Source: Auanema rhodensis
Taxonomy: Eukaryota > Animalia > Nematoda
Assembly: GCA_964057225.1 (NCBI GenBank)
Contig: OZ059894.1
Location: 11,222,001-11,286,000, forward strand
Direction: 5' to 3'
Length of the DNA: 64,000 nucleotides
Below the pieces are notes generated by a model. That model was not told where the DNA came from and did no database searches. It saw only the letters and a list, made by a program, of their open reading frames with translations. Of the stretch, positions 31,558 through 43,836 are shown piece by piece. Position 1 is the stretch's first letter, and each line of letters opens with the position of its first letter. The position numbers were made by a program, and so were the translations under genes.

Positions 31558-34500
31558 TAATCGTTCTTATCGAATTAACCTTCGATATGTGTTCCATTGG
31601 TTCACAATAAGGTTAATGGCTAAATCGATATTGCAACTGTACTACGTAAGTCTTTAGATCTGCTAGAGATGGAGCAAGGGCTTTACAAGCTAAAGGTGCC
31701 TCTTCAGAGCCCTTTTTCTTGTTCAATCTGCGCTCCTATTCCGCGATCCTACTCAGACCACAATGGTCTCGTCCGCCATCTTCGGAGAGAACATGAGGTC
31801 GGAGTAGAATTTGAGTGCCGTGCCTGTGGCCTCACCAGCAATCTGAAGGCCGTTAAAAGCCATCAGAAAAAAGCTGAAGGATGCCTCCGCATCATAGAGG
31901 AAACTGTGGTGATCTCACCTCTATCTCCGAGAGAGCCCAGTTCCCGCCCTATATTGCGGAGGATCAGGAACACCCGCCCACCAGGCACAAGGACGACCAC
32001 CCCGCCCGTGGAGGAGCGTACAATGGAGGAAACATCATCCAGTGGACAGGAACAAGGATCTCCATCAACGGTACGCTTGTTTGAGGCCCCAATTCTGGAC
32101 TTGTCCCCAGAGGCCGAAGTTTCCCCCCTTCCGCGAGAGAGTGAAATATTCAACGAGATCAGGGTTTCGAGTACAGAACCATTTTTTGCCGACCCTGATC
32201 CGAATAGAAACTCTGAAAATACTTGGGTGGATAGAATTAAAAAGGTTGTGTGCAAAAGTGAGCTCGAGCAGGTCCTGGAAGAGTTGGTAGACGCAATCAG
32301 AAAGTCTCTTGACATTATGATCAAAGTTCCCAACTTCCGACAAAGGCGCCGACCACACACACAACCTGAGGAAGACCAAAAAACCCAGGCGATGAAGCTC
32401 CAGAAGCTCTGGAGGGCCAACAAGAAGAAAGCCTTTCGACAACTGCTCGGAGAACAAAGTGAAACCTGCACCATACCATCTGCAGAGGTTGAAAAACATT
32501 TCCTTTCTGTTCACAGCAGTCAAGGCCCAGCCCTCCCCATCACAGTCACCAGACCGGATTTGCCAGCTAGTACCGACCCATTAGAAGGTGTTTTCACCCC
32601 TTTGGAAGTCTGGGAACGCATACGACGTTGCAGCGATACGGCTCCAGGAGCTGATGGACTTCGATACTCGCACTGGAAGAAATTTGACCAAGGAGGTCAC
32701 ATATTAGCAGCGATATTTAACACCGTACACAAGCTAGGACACATCCCTTTTTCCTGGAAAGAGTCGACCACCGTCCTCATCCATAAGAAAGGTGATAAAG
32801 CTGACATTAACAACTGGCGACCAATAGCACTTTCGTGCACAATTGGTAAGACGTACTCAGCTTGTCTTACGCATCGACTGCTAACATGGGCAAGAGCAGA
32901 AAAAAGACTTTCTCCCTCCCAAAAGGGCTTTGTGGCCAAAGCTGGATGCATGGAACACAACTTTATGTTGCAAAGTACCATTGCGGACGCTAAACGTAAA
33001 CGTGAGAAAATTGCAATTGCTTGGCTTGATCTCGCAAACGCTTTTGGATCGCTGCCACACGAAACTCTGCTAGACGTTCTAAGATGGTCAGGAGTGGCTG
33101 AAGCCTCAATATCCCGAGTACGAGCTCTATACACAGATGCCTCTACAAGAATCCAGACAGGCTCCGGACTCACATCGACCATTCCAGTTCATGCAGGTGT
33201 GTTACAAGGATCCCCACTATCTCCGATCCTGTTCAACCTTGCCATTGAACCTCTAATTAAAACCATCTTGGAATCCTCTACTGGCTATAAGCTACACAAT
33301 CACAACATCGCTGTGCTAGCGTACGCCGATGACCTTGCCCTGGTCTCCTCATCATCAGAAGATCTACAGAAAATGTTGGACGCAGCATCAAATGCGGCTA
33401 ATTTCACAGGCTTGACCTTCAAACCAGCGAAATGCGCCACCTTGACGATCGACAAAGGGAAAATATCAACAGCCTCATACATGCTACAGAGCTCCTCTCT
33501 ACCCGCTCTCAGCAAATTCGACAGCTACTCCCACCTGGGAATCCCTACTGGAATGCATTTACATAAGTCTGCGGTTCCAACAGTGAATATTATGAGTCAA
33601 CACTTGGAAAAAATTGACAAATCCTTACTTGCTGAATGGCAGAAAGCTGACGCAGTACGCACCTTCCTGATGCCCTGCCTTAATTTTCATATGACGAATG
33701 GCCACGTCCCAAAGAGTAAACTAGTCGCCTTTGACAAAGAACTCAAACGCTGTGCCCGTAGATGGATGCACTATCCTCCAAACGCCAGTGCTGAACCAAT
33801 CTACCTGCCAACTAACTACGGCGGACTTGGTCTCTCTCGACTCCAACACCTGTCAGACGTCTGTGAAGTCACTCATGCCTACCAACTTTTGAAGTCATCT
33901 GATCTTGTAGTAGCTGATATTGCGCATCAAGACTCAAAAAAAGTAGCATCAAAAAGGATTAAACGTCAAGCCAGTAACGATGAGACAGCTGCATATTACA
34001 ACGGTTCCGTTGATGGCATTTTCGACACCGAAACATCTGATGTTTCCTCCATCTGGACTAGAGTAAGAGTAGCGATGCGTCAACTCAAGAAACTCATCAA
34101 CGCTAACTGGACATGCCTCGAAAGTGGTTTAGAACTCAATCTAAACAACCAACTGTTAACACCTTCACTATGCCACAGAAGCCTGCGACGGGCATTATGG
34201 CTGAAAGACCTTCGGATCCTTCTTCAAAAACCGGATCAAGGGAAAGTCTTTGATGTCACAATGCTCAACAAAGCGTCCAATCACTTTATGGCGAAGGGAG
34301 ATTTCATACGGTTTGCTGATTGGCGATTCATCCACAAGGCTCGACTTGTTTGTGATTTGATTGTAATATATTTTTTACTTTTTGTATTACTTATTTTTGT
34401 CTTTTGTTTCTTTCTTTCTGACCTTCATTGGTACATGTATTTTGTTGTTTATTTTTAACATCATTGCCGTAGGCACTCAAATTGTTTGATCATAGCGGCA

Positions 34501-34725
34501 CTTGATTTCTCATTGTTCTGCTTTAATATTCATTTTTTTGTTCATTTTTTTTAACCCACTCCCCCGACTCTTGAGTCGTTTTAGCCTCTGTTGGCAATGT
34601 GTCTTATTATGTACTTTTTAATTACTTGCTGTTTTAAGTTGTACTGGTAATACCGTCTCCCCGATTCTGGGCTCTTTTTTATTGGTTATTTATTGTATCA
34701 TAACATTAGTTATTCAATAAACCAT
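31558..34725 (+). mobile_element. Copy 7: tandem variant-B element lacking the endonuclease (603 bp deletion)
   Basis: U2 nt 38-96 at 31558-31616; deletion at GACTT 34343-34347; standard 3' junction at 34726. Confidence 0.94.
31669..34458 (+). CDS. ZnF-RT protein without knuckle/RLE, 929 aa, tail read from the 3'UTR (possibly non-functional)
   Basis: Open from native ATG to FIHKARL, then VCDLIVIYFLLFVLL... Confidence 0.75.
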   Translation: MEQGLYKLKVPLQSPFSCSICAPIPRSYSDHNGLVRHLRREHEVGVEFECRACGLTSNLKAVKSHQKKAEGCLRIIEETVVISPLSPREPSSRPILRRIRNTRPPGTRTTTPPVEERTMEETSSSGQEQGSPSTVRLFEAPILDLSPEAEVSPLPRESEIFNEIRVSSTEPFFADPDPNRNSENTWVDRIKKVVCKSELEQVLEELVDAIRKSLDIMIKVPNFRQRRRPHTQPEEDQKTQAMKLQKLWRANKKKAFRQLLGEQSETCTIPSAEVEKHFLSVHSSQGPALPITVTRPDLPASTDPLEGVFTPLEVWERIRRCSDTAPGADGLRYSHWKKFDQGGHILAAIFNTVHKLGHIPFSWKESTTVLIHKKGDKADINNWRPIALSCTIGKTYSACLTHRLLTWARAEKRLSPSQKGFVAKAGCMEHNFMLQSTIADAKRKREKIAIAWLDLANAFGSLPHETLLDVLRWSGVAEASISRVRALYTDASTRIQTGSGLTSTIPVHAGVLQGSPLSPILFNLAIEPLIKTILESSTGYKLHNHNIAVLAYADDLALVSSSSEDLQKMLDAASNAANFTGLTFKPAKCATLTIDKGKISTASYMLQSSSLPALSKFDSYSHLGIPTGMHLHKSAVPTVNIMSQHLEKIDKSLLAEWQKADAVRTFLMPCLNFHMTNGHVPKSKLVAFDKELKRCARRWMHYPPNASAEPIYLPTNYGGLGLSRLQHLSDVCEVTHAYQLLKSSDLVVADIAHQDSKKVASKRIKRQASNDETAAYYNGSVDGIFDTETSDVSSIWTRVRVAMRQLKKLINANWTCLESGLELNLNNQLLTPSLCHRSLRRALWLKDLRILLQKPDQGKVFDVTMLNKASNHFMAKGDFIRFADWRFIHKARLVCDLIVIYFLLFVLLIFVFCFFLSDLHWYMYFVVYF

Positions 34726-34872
34726 TAATCGTTCTTATCGAATTAACCTTCGATATGTGTTCCATTGGTTCACAATAAGGTTAACCGATTTTTGAGACTT
34801 GAGGTAGATGCTGGCTTGCTAGCTCCACCTCACGGGTCGACCCGCTCTTGCACTGCTGGCGGGAACGGCCCA
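34726..34872 (+). pseudogene. U2: U2 nt 38-184 downstream of insertion
   Basis: Same junction. Confidence 0.93.
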
Positions 34873-36054
34873 TTCCCTCAGGGAAAGAATGTAACAATAA
34901 GAATGAAAATCGTGTAGTACACATGGAAATTCAACTTGAGTGACGCTTATGACGATGCTGCAGCATACGAACGGTTTAGAAATGACTATACGATCAAAGA
35001 TGTACCTCTCATTTGTTCACAAACCTTCTATTTTCATGGCTTTCTTATAATTTTTTGTCATACTTATGTACTACCTGGTAATTCTGTATTTACATTTATG
35101 TTTATTCATGTCTTTGCTGCCTCTACGCTTTTGTTACTTTTATAGTTTAATATTGTAGTTTTTCGGAACAAACATTCTCTACGTCAATAAATTGTTCTTA
35201 TCGAATTAATCTTCAATATGTGTTCTATTACTATACTGGTAATGTATATATCTCGTTTAGTGCGTGGGGGCCTATTCGGGTGGTTTCTATTATGCATATG
35301 CATGTTGTTTAGACTTTTAAGACGTATTTCAACAAGTTAGAACGATTAAACATGTTTGCAGAGTGATCGGATGAGGTTGAAACGAGTAATGAGAAAAAAA
35401 GTAGGTAAGGGGGGACCCTTGTGTGAGAAAATGTTCAAACAAAAGTTGTTTTTGTTTTCGTTTTGTTTTCATTTTTCAAAAATTTACAGTTTTTATAAAA
35501 ATAATTCTTCTTTCTACAGTAGATTGTAAATTTCATGAAAAAAAATATAGGGAATCAAAAGTTACATTAGGGTCTCGAATACGGGACATTTTTATATGTG
35601 TAAAAACGGTCCAGTTTTAACACAAGGGTTTTCCGGTCTATTATAAGGTAAAACACAGCTTTTTAAACCTCCGTAGCGTAATGAGAAATGATGATTTCGT
35701 GAATGTTAAAGTTTTCTATCATAGTTCTCTATAGTATCTACGTACATATGAAGAAAAAATAGAAAGAAATTTTTCTGGAAGCAAGTTTCATTGAGCGTTC
35801 CGTATAAGGAACATTATGATAAAAATTATAAGGGGGTAAAACATATCATTGTTAACCAAGACGTCTGAAAATAAAATTTTCTATTACAATAAATATGAAG
35901 TTCTATCATACATATGCATGTTATGAAGACTTTCTAGACGTATTTCAACGGGTTAGAACGAGTTTAAACCGAGTTATGAGGAAAAACAATGATATTTAAA
36001 AAAAAAACAACTATGTGTTGAAAAAATTTCTCTCTTGATTGGACTTTTTACTGT

Positions 36055-36100
<46 letters not shown>

Positions 36101-36244
36101 ACGGATACATGGCTAACCTTTAGACACATAGGTGAAAAAAAAATTTTTTTTGTTATTGTTACTGTTCCTGTTGTTTTCTTTGTGGTCGTATCTATTAACA
36201 ACAAGATTTAGAGTGATATAACTGATAATGAAGAATATGACATT

Positions 36245-36363
36245 GCTTACGACCATACCACGTTGAAAGTACGCCATCCCGTCCGATCTGGCAAGTCAAG
36301 CAACGTTGGGCCCGGTTAGTACTTGGATCGGAGACGGCTTGGGAATCCCGGGTGTCGTAAGCT
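36245..36363 (+). rRNA. 5S: 5S rRNA
   Basis: Same sequence. Confidence 0.95.
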
Positions 36364-36604
36364 TTTATATTTTATTTGAAATTTTTTGAAGAAATAAAAA
36401 AGCTTTGATAACTAAAAAAAAGTTGTTGTTAATCGAATGTTTGCTCTAATAACACGACAGAGGTAGTCTTAGATACTGTAAATAACTCGAACACTGTAAA
36501 GTTTGGGCATTTCATTTGTTACTGTTCCTGTTGTTTTCTTTGTGGTCCTAACTATTAACAACAAGATTTAGAGTGATATAACTGATAATGAAGAATATAA
36601 CATT

Positions 36605-36723
36605 GCTTACGACCATACCACGTTGAAAGTACGCCATCCCGTCCGATCTGGCAAGTCAAGCAACGTTGGGCCCGGTTAGTACTTGGATCGGAGACGGCTT
36701 GGGAATCCCGGGTGTCGTAAGCT
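36605..36723 (+). rRNA. 5S: 5S rRNA
   Basis: Same sequence. Confidence 0.95.
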
Positions 36724-37165
36724 TTTATATTTTATTTGAAATATCTTGAAGAAATAAAAAAGCTTTGATAACTAGAAAAAGTTGTTGATTGATATGTGCT
36801 CTAATATTACAAGAGTGGTTGTTCTAGATACTGTAAGCAATACAAACACTGTAAAGTTGGGAGATTTCATTGTATTAACCTTCTCCTAATTATTGTATAA
36901 AAATATATAAAATATTCGGAAACTTTGCAACCGTACATATAAAACTATATACAAGTATTTGAATAAAAAGAATAGAAAAAAGTGCAGCGCTTCGAATAAG
37001 AAAAAAATAAGTCCAAAAGTTGAGTAAATCCACAGTTTATATGAGCCATTTATGACCTGTACAGTCAAGATTGTCAAACCACACTTTTATATTCAAATGA
37101 GAGAGTGCACTCGTAACAAGTACGATACATTTGCTTGATGTCTTTGATACTCATGGCTATGCTGT

Positions 37166-37349
37166 ATCGCTTCTCGGCCTTTTGGCTAAGATCAAAGTGT
37201 AGTAATCGTTCTTATCGAATTAACCTTCGATATGTGTTCCATTGGTTCACAATAAGGTTAACCGATTTTTGAGACTTGAGGTAGATGCTGGCTTGCTAGC
37301 TCCACCTCACGGGTCGACCCGCTCTTGCACTGCTGGCGGGAACGGCCCA
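37166..37349 (+). ncRNA. U2: U2 snRNA, intact
   Basis: Same sequence, native upstream region. Confidence 0.95.
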
Positions 37350-38531
37350 TTCCCTCAGGGAAAGAATGTAACAATAAGAATGAAAATCGTGTAGTACACA
37401 TGGAAATTCAACTTGAGTGACGCTTATGACGATGCTGCAGCATACGAACGGTTTAGAAATGACTATACGATCAAAGATGTACCTCTCATTTGTTCACAAA
37501 CCTTCTATTTTCATGGCTTTCTTATAATTTTTTGTCATACTTATGTACTACCTGGTAATTCTGTATTTACATTTATGTTTATTCATGTCTTTGCTGCCTC
37601 TACGCTTTTGTTACTTTTATAGTTTAATATTGTAGTTTTTCGGAACAAACATTCTCTACGTCAATAAATTGTTCTTATCGAATTAATCTTCAATATGTGT
37701 TCTATTACTATACTGGTAATGTATATATCTCGTTTAGTGCGTGGGGGCCTATTCGGGTGGTTTCTATTATGCATATGCATGTTGTTTAGACTTTTAAGAC
37801 GTATTTCAACAAGTTAGAACGATTAAACATGTTTGCAGAGTGATCGGATGAGGTTGAAACGAGTAATGAGAAAAAAAGTAGGTAAGGGGGGACCCTTGTG
37901 TGAGAAAATGTTCAAAAAAAAGTTGTTTTTGTTTTCGTTTTGTTTTCATTTTTCAAAAATTTACAGTTTTTATAAAAATAATTCTTCTTTCTACAGTAGA
38001 TTGTAAATTTCATGAAAAAAAATATAGGGAATCAAAAGTTACATTAGGGTCCCGAATACGGGACATTTTTATATGTGTAAAAACGGTCCAGTTTTAACAC
38101 AAGGGTTTTCCGGTCTATTATAACGTAAAACACAGCTTTTTAAACCTCCGTAGCGTAATGAGAAATGATGATTTCGTGAATGTTAAAGTTTTCTATCATA
38201 GTTCTCTATAGTATCTACGTACATATGAAGAAAAAATAGAAAGAAATTTTTCTGGAAGCAAGTTTCATTGAGCGTTCCGTATAAGGAACATTATGATAAA
38301 AATTATAAGGGGGTAAAACATATCATTGTTAACCAAGACGTCTGAAAATAAAATTTTCTATTACAATAAATATGAAGTTCTATCATACATATGCATGTTA
38401 TAAAGACTTTCTAGACGTATTTCAACGGGTTAGAACGAGTTTAAACCGAGTTATGAGGAAAAACAATGATATTTAAAAAAAAAACAACTATGTGTTGAAA
38501 AAATTTCTCTCTTGATTGGACTTTTTACTGT

Positions 38532-38599
<68 letters not shown>

Positions 38600-38741
38600 G
38601 GATACATGGCTAACCTTTAGACACATAGGTGAAAAAAAAATTTTTTTTGTTATTGTTACTGTTCCTGTTGTTTTCTTTGTGGTCGTATCTATTAACAACA
38701 AGATTTAGAGTGATATAACTGATAATGAAGAATATGACATT

Positions 38742-38860
38742 GCTTACGACCATACCACGTTGAAAGTACGCCATCCCGTCCGATCTGGCAAGTCAAGCAA
38801 CGTTGGGCCCGGTTAGTACTTGGATCGGAGACGGCTTGGGAATCCCGGGTGTCGTAAGCT
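38742..38860 (+). rRNA. 5S: 5S rRNA
   Basis: Same sequence. Confidence 0.95.
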
Positions 38861-39101
38861 TTTATATTTTATTTGAAATTTTTTGAAGAAATAAAAAAGC
38901 TTTGATAACTAAAAAAAAGTTGTTGTTAATCGAATGTTTGCTCTAATAACACGACAGAGGTAGTCTTAGATACTGTAAATAACTCGAACACTGTAAAGTT
39001 TGGGCATTTCATTTGTTACTGTTCCTGTTGTTTTCTTTGTGGTCCTAACTATTAACAACAAGATTTAGAGTGATATAACTGATAATGAAGAATATAACAT
39101 T

Positions 39102-39220
39102 GCTTACGACCATACCACGTTGAAAGTACGCCATCCCGTCCGATCTGGCAAGTCAAGCAACGTTGGGCCCGGTTAGTACTTGGATCGGAGACGGCTTGGG
39201 AATCCCGGGTGTCGTAAGCT
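39102..39220 (+). rRNA. 5S: 5S rRNA
   Basis: Same sequence. Confidence 0.95.
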
Positions 39221-39662
39221 TTTATATTTTATTTGAAATATCTTGAAGAAATAAAAAAGCTTTGATAACTAGAAAAAGTTGTTGATTGATATGTGCTCTA
39301 ATATTACAAGAGTGGTTGTTCTAGATACTGTAAGCAATACAAACACTGTAAAGTTGGGAGATTTCATTGTATTAACCTTCTCCTAATTATTGTATAAAAA
39401 TATATAAAATATTCGGAAACTTTGCAACCGTACATATAAAACTATATACAAGTATTTGAATAAAAAGAATAGAAAAAAGTGCAGCGCTTCGAATAAGAAA
39501 AAAATAAGTCCAAAAGTTGAGTAAATCCACAGTTTATATGAGCCATTTATGACCTGTACAGTCAAGATTGTCAAACCACACTTTTATATTCAAATGAGAG
39601 AGTGCACTCGTAACAAGTACGATACATTTGCTTGATGTCTTTGATACTCATGGCTATGCTGT

Positions 39663-39846
39663 ATCGCTTCTCGGCCTTTTGGCTAAGATCAAAGTGTAGT
39701 AATCGTTCTTATCGAATTAACCTTCGATATGTGTTCCATTGGTTCACAATAAGGTTAACCGATTTTTGAGACTTGAGGTAGATGCTGGCTTGCTAGCTCC
39801 ACCTCACGGGTCGACCCGCTCTTGCACTGCTGGCGGGAACGGCCCA
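39663..39846 (+). ncRNA. U2: U2 snRNA, intact
   Basis: Same sequence, native upstream region. Confidence 0.95.
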
Positions 39847-40187
39847 TTCCCTCAGGGAAAGAATGTAACAATAAGAATGAAAATCGTGTAGTACACATGG
39901 AAATTCAACTTGAGTGACGCTTATGACGATGCTGCAGCATACGAACGGTTTAGAAATGACTATACGATCAAAGATGTACCTCTCATTTGTTCACAAACCT
40001 TCTATTTTCATGGCTTTCTTATAATTTTTTGTCATACTTATGTACTACCTGGTAATTCTGTATTTACATTTATGTTTATTCATGTCTTTGCTGCCTCTAC
40101 GCTTTTGTTACTTTTATAGTTTAATATTGTAGTTTTTCGGAACAAACATTCTCTACGTCAATAAATTGTTCTTATCGAATTAATCTT

Positions 40188-43100
40188 CAATCTGAAGGCC
40201 GTTAAAAGCCATCAGAAAAAAGCTGAAGGATGCCTCCGCATCATAGAGGAAACTGTGGTGATCTCACCTCTATCTCCGAGAGAGCCCAGTTCCCGCCCTA
40301 TATTGCGGAGGATCAGGAACACCCGCCCACCAGGCACAAGGACGACCACCCCGCCCGTGGAGGAGCGTACAATGGAGGAAACATCATCCAGTGGACAGGA
40401 ACAAGGATCTCCATCAACGGTACGCTTGTTTGAGGCCCCAATTCTGGACTTGTCCCCAGAGGCCGAAGTTTCCCCCCTTCCGCGAGAGAGTGAAATATTC
40501 AACGAGATCAGGGTTCCGAGTACAGAACCATCTTTTGCCGACCCTGATCCGAATAGAAACTCTGAAAATATTTGGGTGGATAGAATTAAAAAGGTAGTAT
40601 GCGAAAGTGAGCTCGAGCAGGTCCTGGAAGAGTTGGTAGACACAATCAGAAAGTCTCTTGACATTATGATCAAAGTTCCCAACTTCCGACAAAGGCGCCG
40701 ACCACACACACAACCTGAGGAAGACCAAAAAACCCAGGCGATGAAGCTCCAGAAGCTTTGGAGGGCCAACAAGAAGAAAGCCTTTCGACAACTGCTCAGA
40801 GAACAAAGTGAAACCTGCACCATACCATCTGCAGAGGTTGAAAAACACTTCCTTTCTGTTCACAGCAGTCAAGGCCCAGCCCTCCCCATCACAGTCACCA
40901 GACCGGATTTGCCAGCTAGTACCGACCCATTAGAAGGTGTTTTCACCCCTTTGGAAGTCTGGGAACGCATACGACGTTGCAGCGATACGGCTCCAGGAGC
41001 TGATGGACTTCGATACTCGCACTGGAAGAAATTTGACCAAGGAGGTCACATATTAGCAGCGATTTTTAACACCGTACACAAGCTAGGACACATCCCTTTT
41101 TCCTGGAAAGAGTCGACCACCGTCCTCATCCATAAGAAAGGTGATAAAGCTGACATTAACAACTGGCGACCAATAGCACTTTCGTGCACAATTGGTAAGA
41201 CGTACTCAGCTTGTCTTACGCATCGACTGCTAACATGGGCAAGAGCAGAAAAAAGACTTTCTCCCTCCCAAAAGGGCTTTGTGGCCAAAGCTGGATGCAT
41301 GGAACACAACTTTTTGTTGCAAAGTACCATTGCAGACGCTAAACGTAAACGTGAGAAAATTGCAATTGCTTGGCTTGATCTCGCAAACGCTTTTGGATCG
41401 CTGCCACACGAAACTCTGCTAGACGTTCTAAGATGGTCAGGAATGGCTGAAGCCTCAATATCCCGAGTACGAGCTCTATACACAGATGCCTCTACAAGAA
41501 TCCAGACAGGATCCGGACTCACTTCGACCATCCCAGTTCACGCAGGTGTGTTACAAGGATCCCCACTATCTCCAATCCTGTTCAACCTTGCCATTGAACC
41601 TCTAATTAAAACCATCTTGGAAACTTCTACAGGCTATAAGCTACACAACCACAACATCGCTGTGCTAGCGTACGCCGATGACCTTGCCCTGGTCTCCTCA
41701 TCATCAGAAGATCTACAGAAAATGTTGGACGCAGCATCAAATGCGGCTAATTTCACAGGCTTAACCTTCAAACCAGCGAAATGCGCCACTTTGACGATCG
41801 ACAAAGGGAAAATATCAACAGCTTCATACATGCTTCAGAGCTGCTCTCTACCCGCTCTTAGCAAATTTGACAGCTACTCCCACCTGGGAATCCCTACTGG
41901 AATGCATTTACATAAGTCTGCGGTTCCAACAGTGAATATTATGAGACAACACTTGGAAAAAATTGACAAATCCTTACTTGCTGAATGGCAGAAAGCTGAC
42001 GCAGTACGCACCTTCCTGATGCCCTGCCTTAATTTTCATATGACGAATGGCCACGTCCCAAAGAGTAAACTAGTCGCCTTTGACAAAGAACTCAAACGTT
42101 GTGCCCGTAGATGGATGCACTATCCTCCAAACGCCAGTGCTGAACCAATCTACCTGCCAACTAACTACGGCGGACTTGGTCTCTCTCGACTCCAACACCT
42201 GTCAGACGTCTGTGAAGTCACTCATGCCTACCAACTTTTGAAGTCATCTGATCTTGTAGTAGCTGATATTGCGCATCAAGACTCAAAAAAAGTAGCATCA
42301 AAAAGGATTAAACGTCAAGCCAGTAACGATGAGACAGCTGCATATTACAACGGTTCCGTTGATGGCATTTTCGACACCGAAACATCTGATGTTTCCTCCA
42401 TCTGGACTAGAGTAAGAGTAGCAATGCGTCAACTAAAGAAACTCATCAACGCTAACTGGACATGCCTCGAAAGTGGTTTAGAACTCAATCTAAACAACCA
42501 ACTGTTAACACCTTCACTATGCCACAGAAGCCTGCGACGTGCATTATGGCTGAAAGACCTTCGGATCCTTCTTCAAAAACCGGATCAAGGGAAAGTCTTT
42601 GATGTCACAATGCTCAACAAAGCGTCCAATCACTTTATGGCGAAGGGAGATTTCATACGGTTTGCTGATTGGCGATTCATCCACAAGGCTCGACTCAATA
42701 CTCTCCAGCTCAATGGCTGTAGAAGACACGGAGAAGGAAACAAACAGTGCCGCAGGTGTAGTTACTCCAACGAAACTGCTGCACATGTTCTTGGACACTG
42801 CCACTCTCACACGAGAGCAATCCAACTCCGCCACAACAACATCGTGGACCGTCTTATCAAAGCACTGCCAGAGCCTAAAAACGGAGAAGTTTACACTAAC
42901 CAGCCTCTTCCTGGCATTAATAGTACACTCCGACCCGACATAGTAGTGGTCAATCATGACGCAAAACACTGTAGTATCGTTGATGTTACAGTGAGCTATG
43001 AAAACCGCCGACAAGCCATGATAGCCGCGCGTATGATAAAGGAGAGGAAATATGCTGACATAGCCAGCCAATACCAATGTCTTGGTTATAAGACTAGTGT

Positions 43101-43296
43101 AGAAGCGTATGTCGTAGGAATGCTTGGAACTATGGACCCGCTCAACGGACAAGCCCTTCGATCACTCAAGATCAGCAGCCACTACAACCGGCTAATGGAG
43201 AAGCTCGTCGTCGCCGATACCATCAAGTGGGCCAGGAATATCTACGTGGAACATGTTTCTGGTGTAAGCCAGTATGAAGAAGAAATTATCCATTGA
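40188..43296 (+). pseudogene. ORF lacking ATG and zinc fingers; RT and RLE in frame (first in-frame ATG 40372)
   Basis: 1013 aa open frame in ORF track. Confidence 0.85.
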
Positions 43297-43689
43297 CTTG
43301 TTTGTGATTCGATTGTAATGTATTTACTTTTTGTATTACTTATTTTTGTCTTTTTTTCTTTCTTTCTGACCTTCATTGGTACATGTATTTTGTTGTTTAT
43401 TTTTAACACCATTGCCGTAGGCACTCAAATTGTCTGATCATAGCGGTACTTGATATTTAATTTTCATTGTTCTGCTTTAGTATTCATTTTTTTTTTTTGT
43501 TATTCATTACTTTTTTAACCCACTCCCCCGACTCTTGAGTTGTTTTAGCCCCTGTTGGTAATCTGTCTTATTATGTACTTTTTAATCACTTGCTGTTTGA
43601 AGTTGTACTGGTAAGACCGTCTCCCCGGTTCTGGGCTCTTTCTTATTGGTTAGTTATTGTATCATAACATTAGTTATTCAATAAACCAT
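40188..43689 (+). mobile_element. Copy 8: slightly 5'-truncated element (variant C)
   Basis: Starts at copy-1 position 1620 via CAAT microhomology inside the degenerate U2 fragment; U2 nt 38 at 43690. Confidence 0.94.
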
Positions 43690-43836
43690 TAATCGTTCTT
43701 ATCGAATTAACCTTCGATATGTGTTCCATTGGTTCACAATAAGGTTAACCGATTTTTGAGACTTGAGGTAGATGCTGGCTTGCTAGCTCCACCTCACGGG
43801 TCGACCCGCTCTTGCACTGCTGGCGGGAACGGCCCA
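43690..43836 (+). pseudogene. U2: U2 nt 38-184 downstream of insertion
   Basis: Same junction. Confidence 0.93.

Larger units (their letters stand above)
37166..39662 (+). repeat. Complete uninserted unit (2497 bp)
   Basis: Length difference from the 2482 bp unit lies mainly in (TA)n. Confidence 0.95.
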
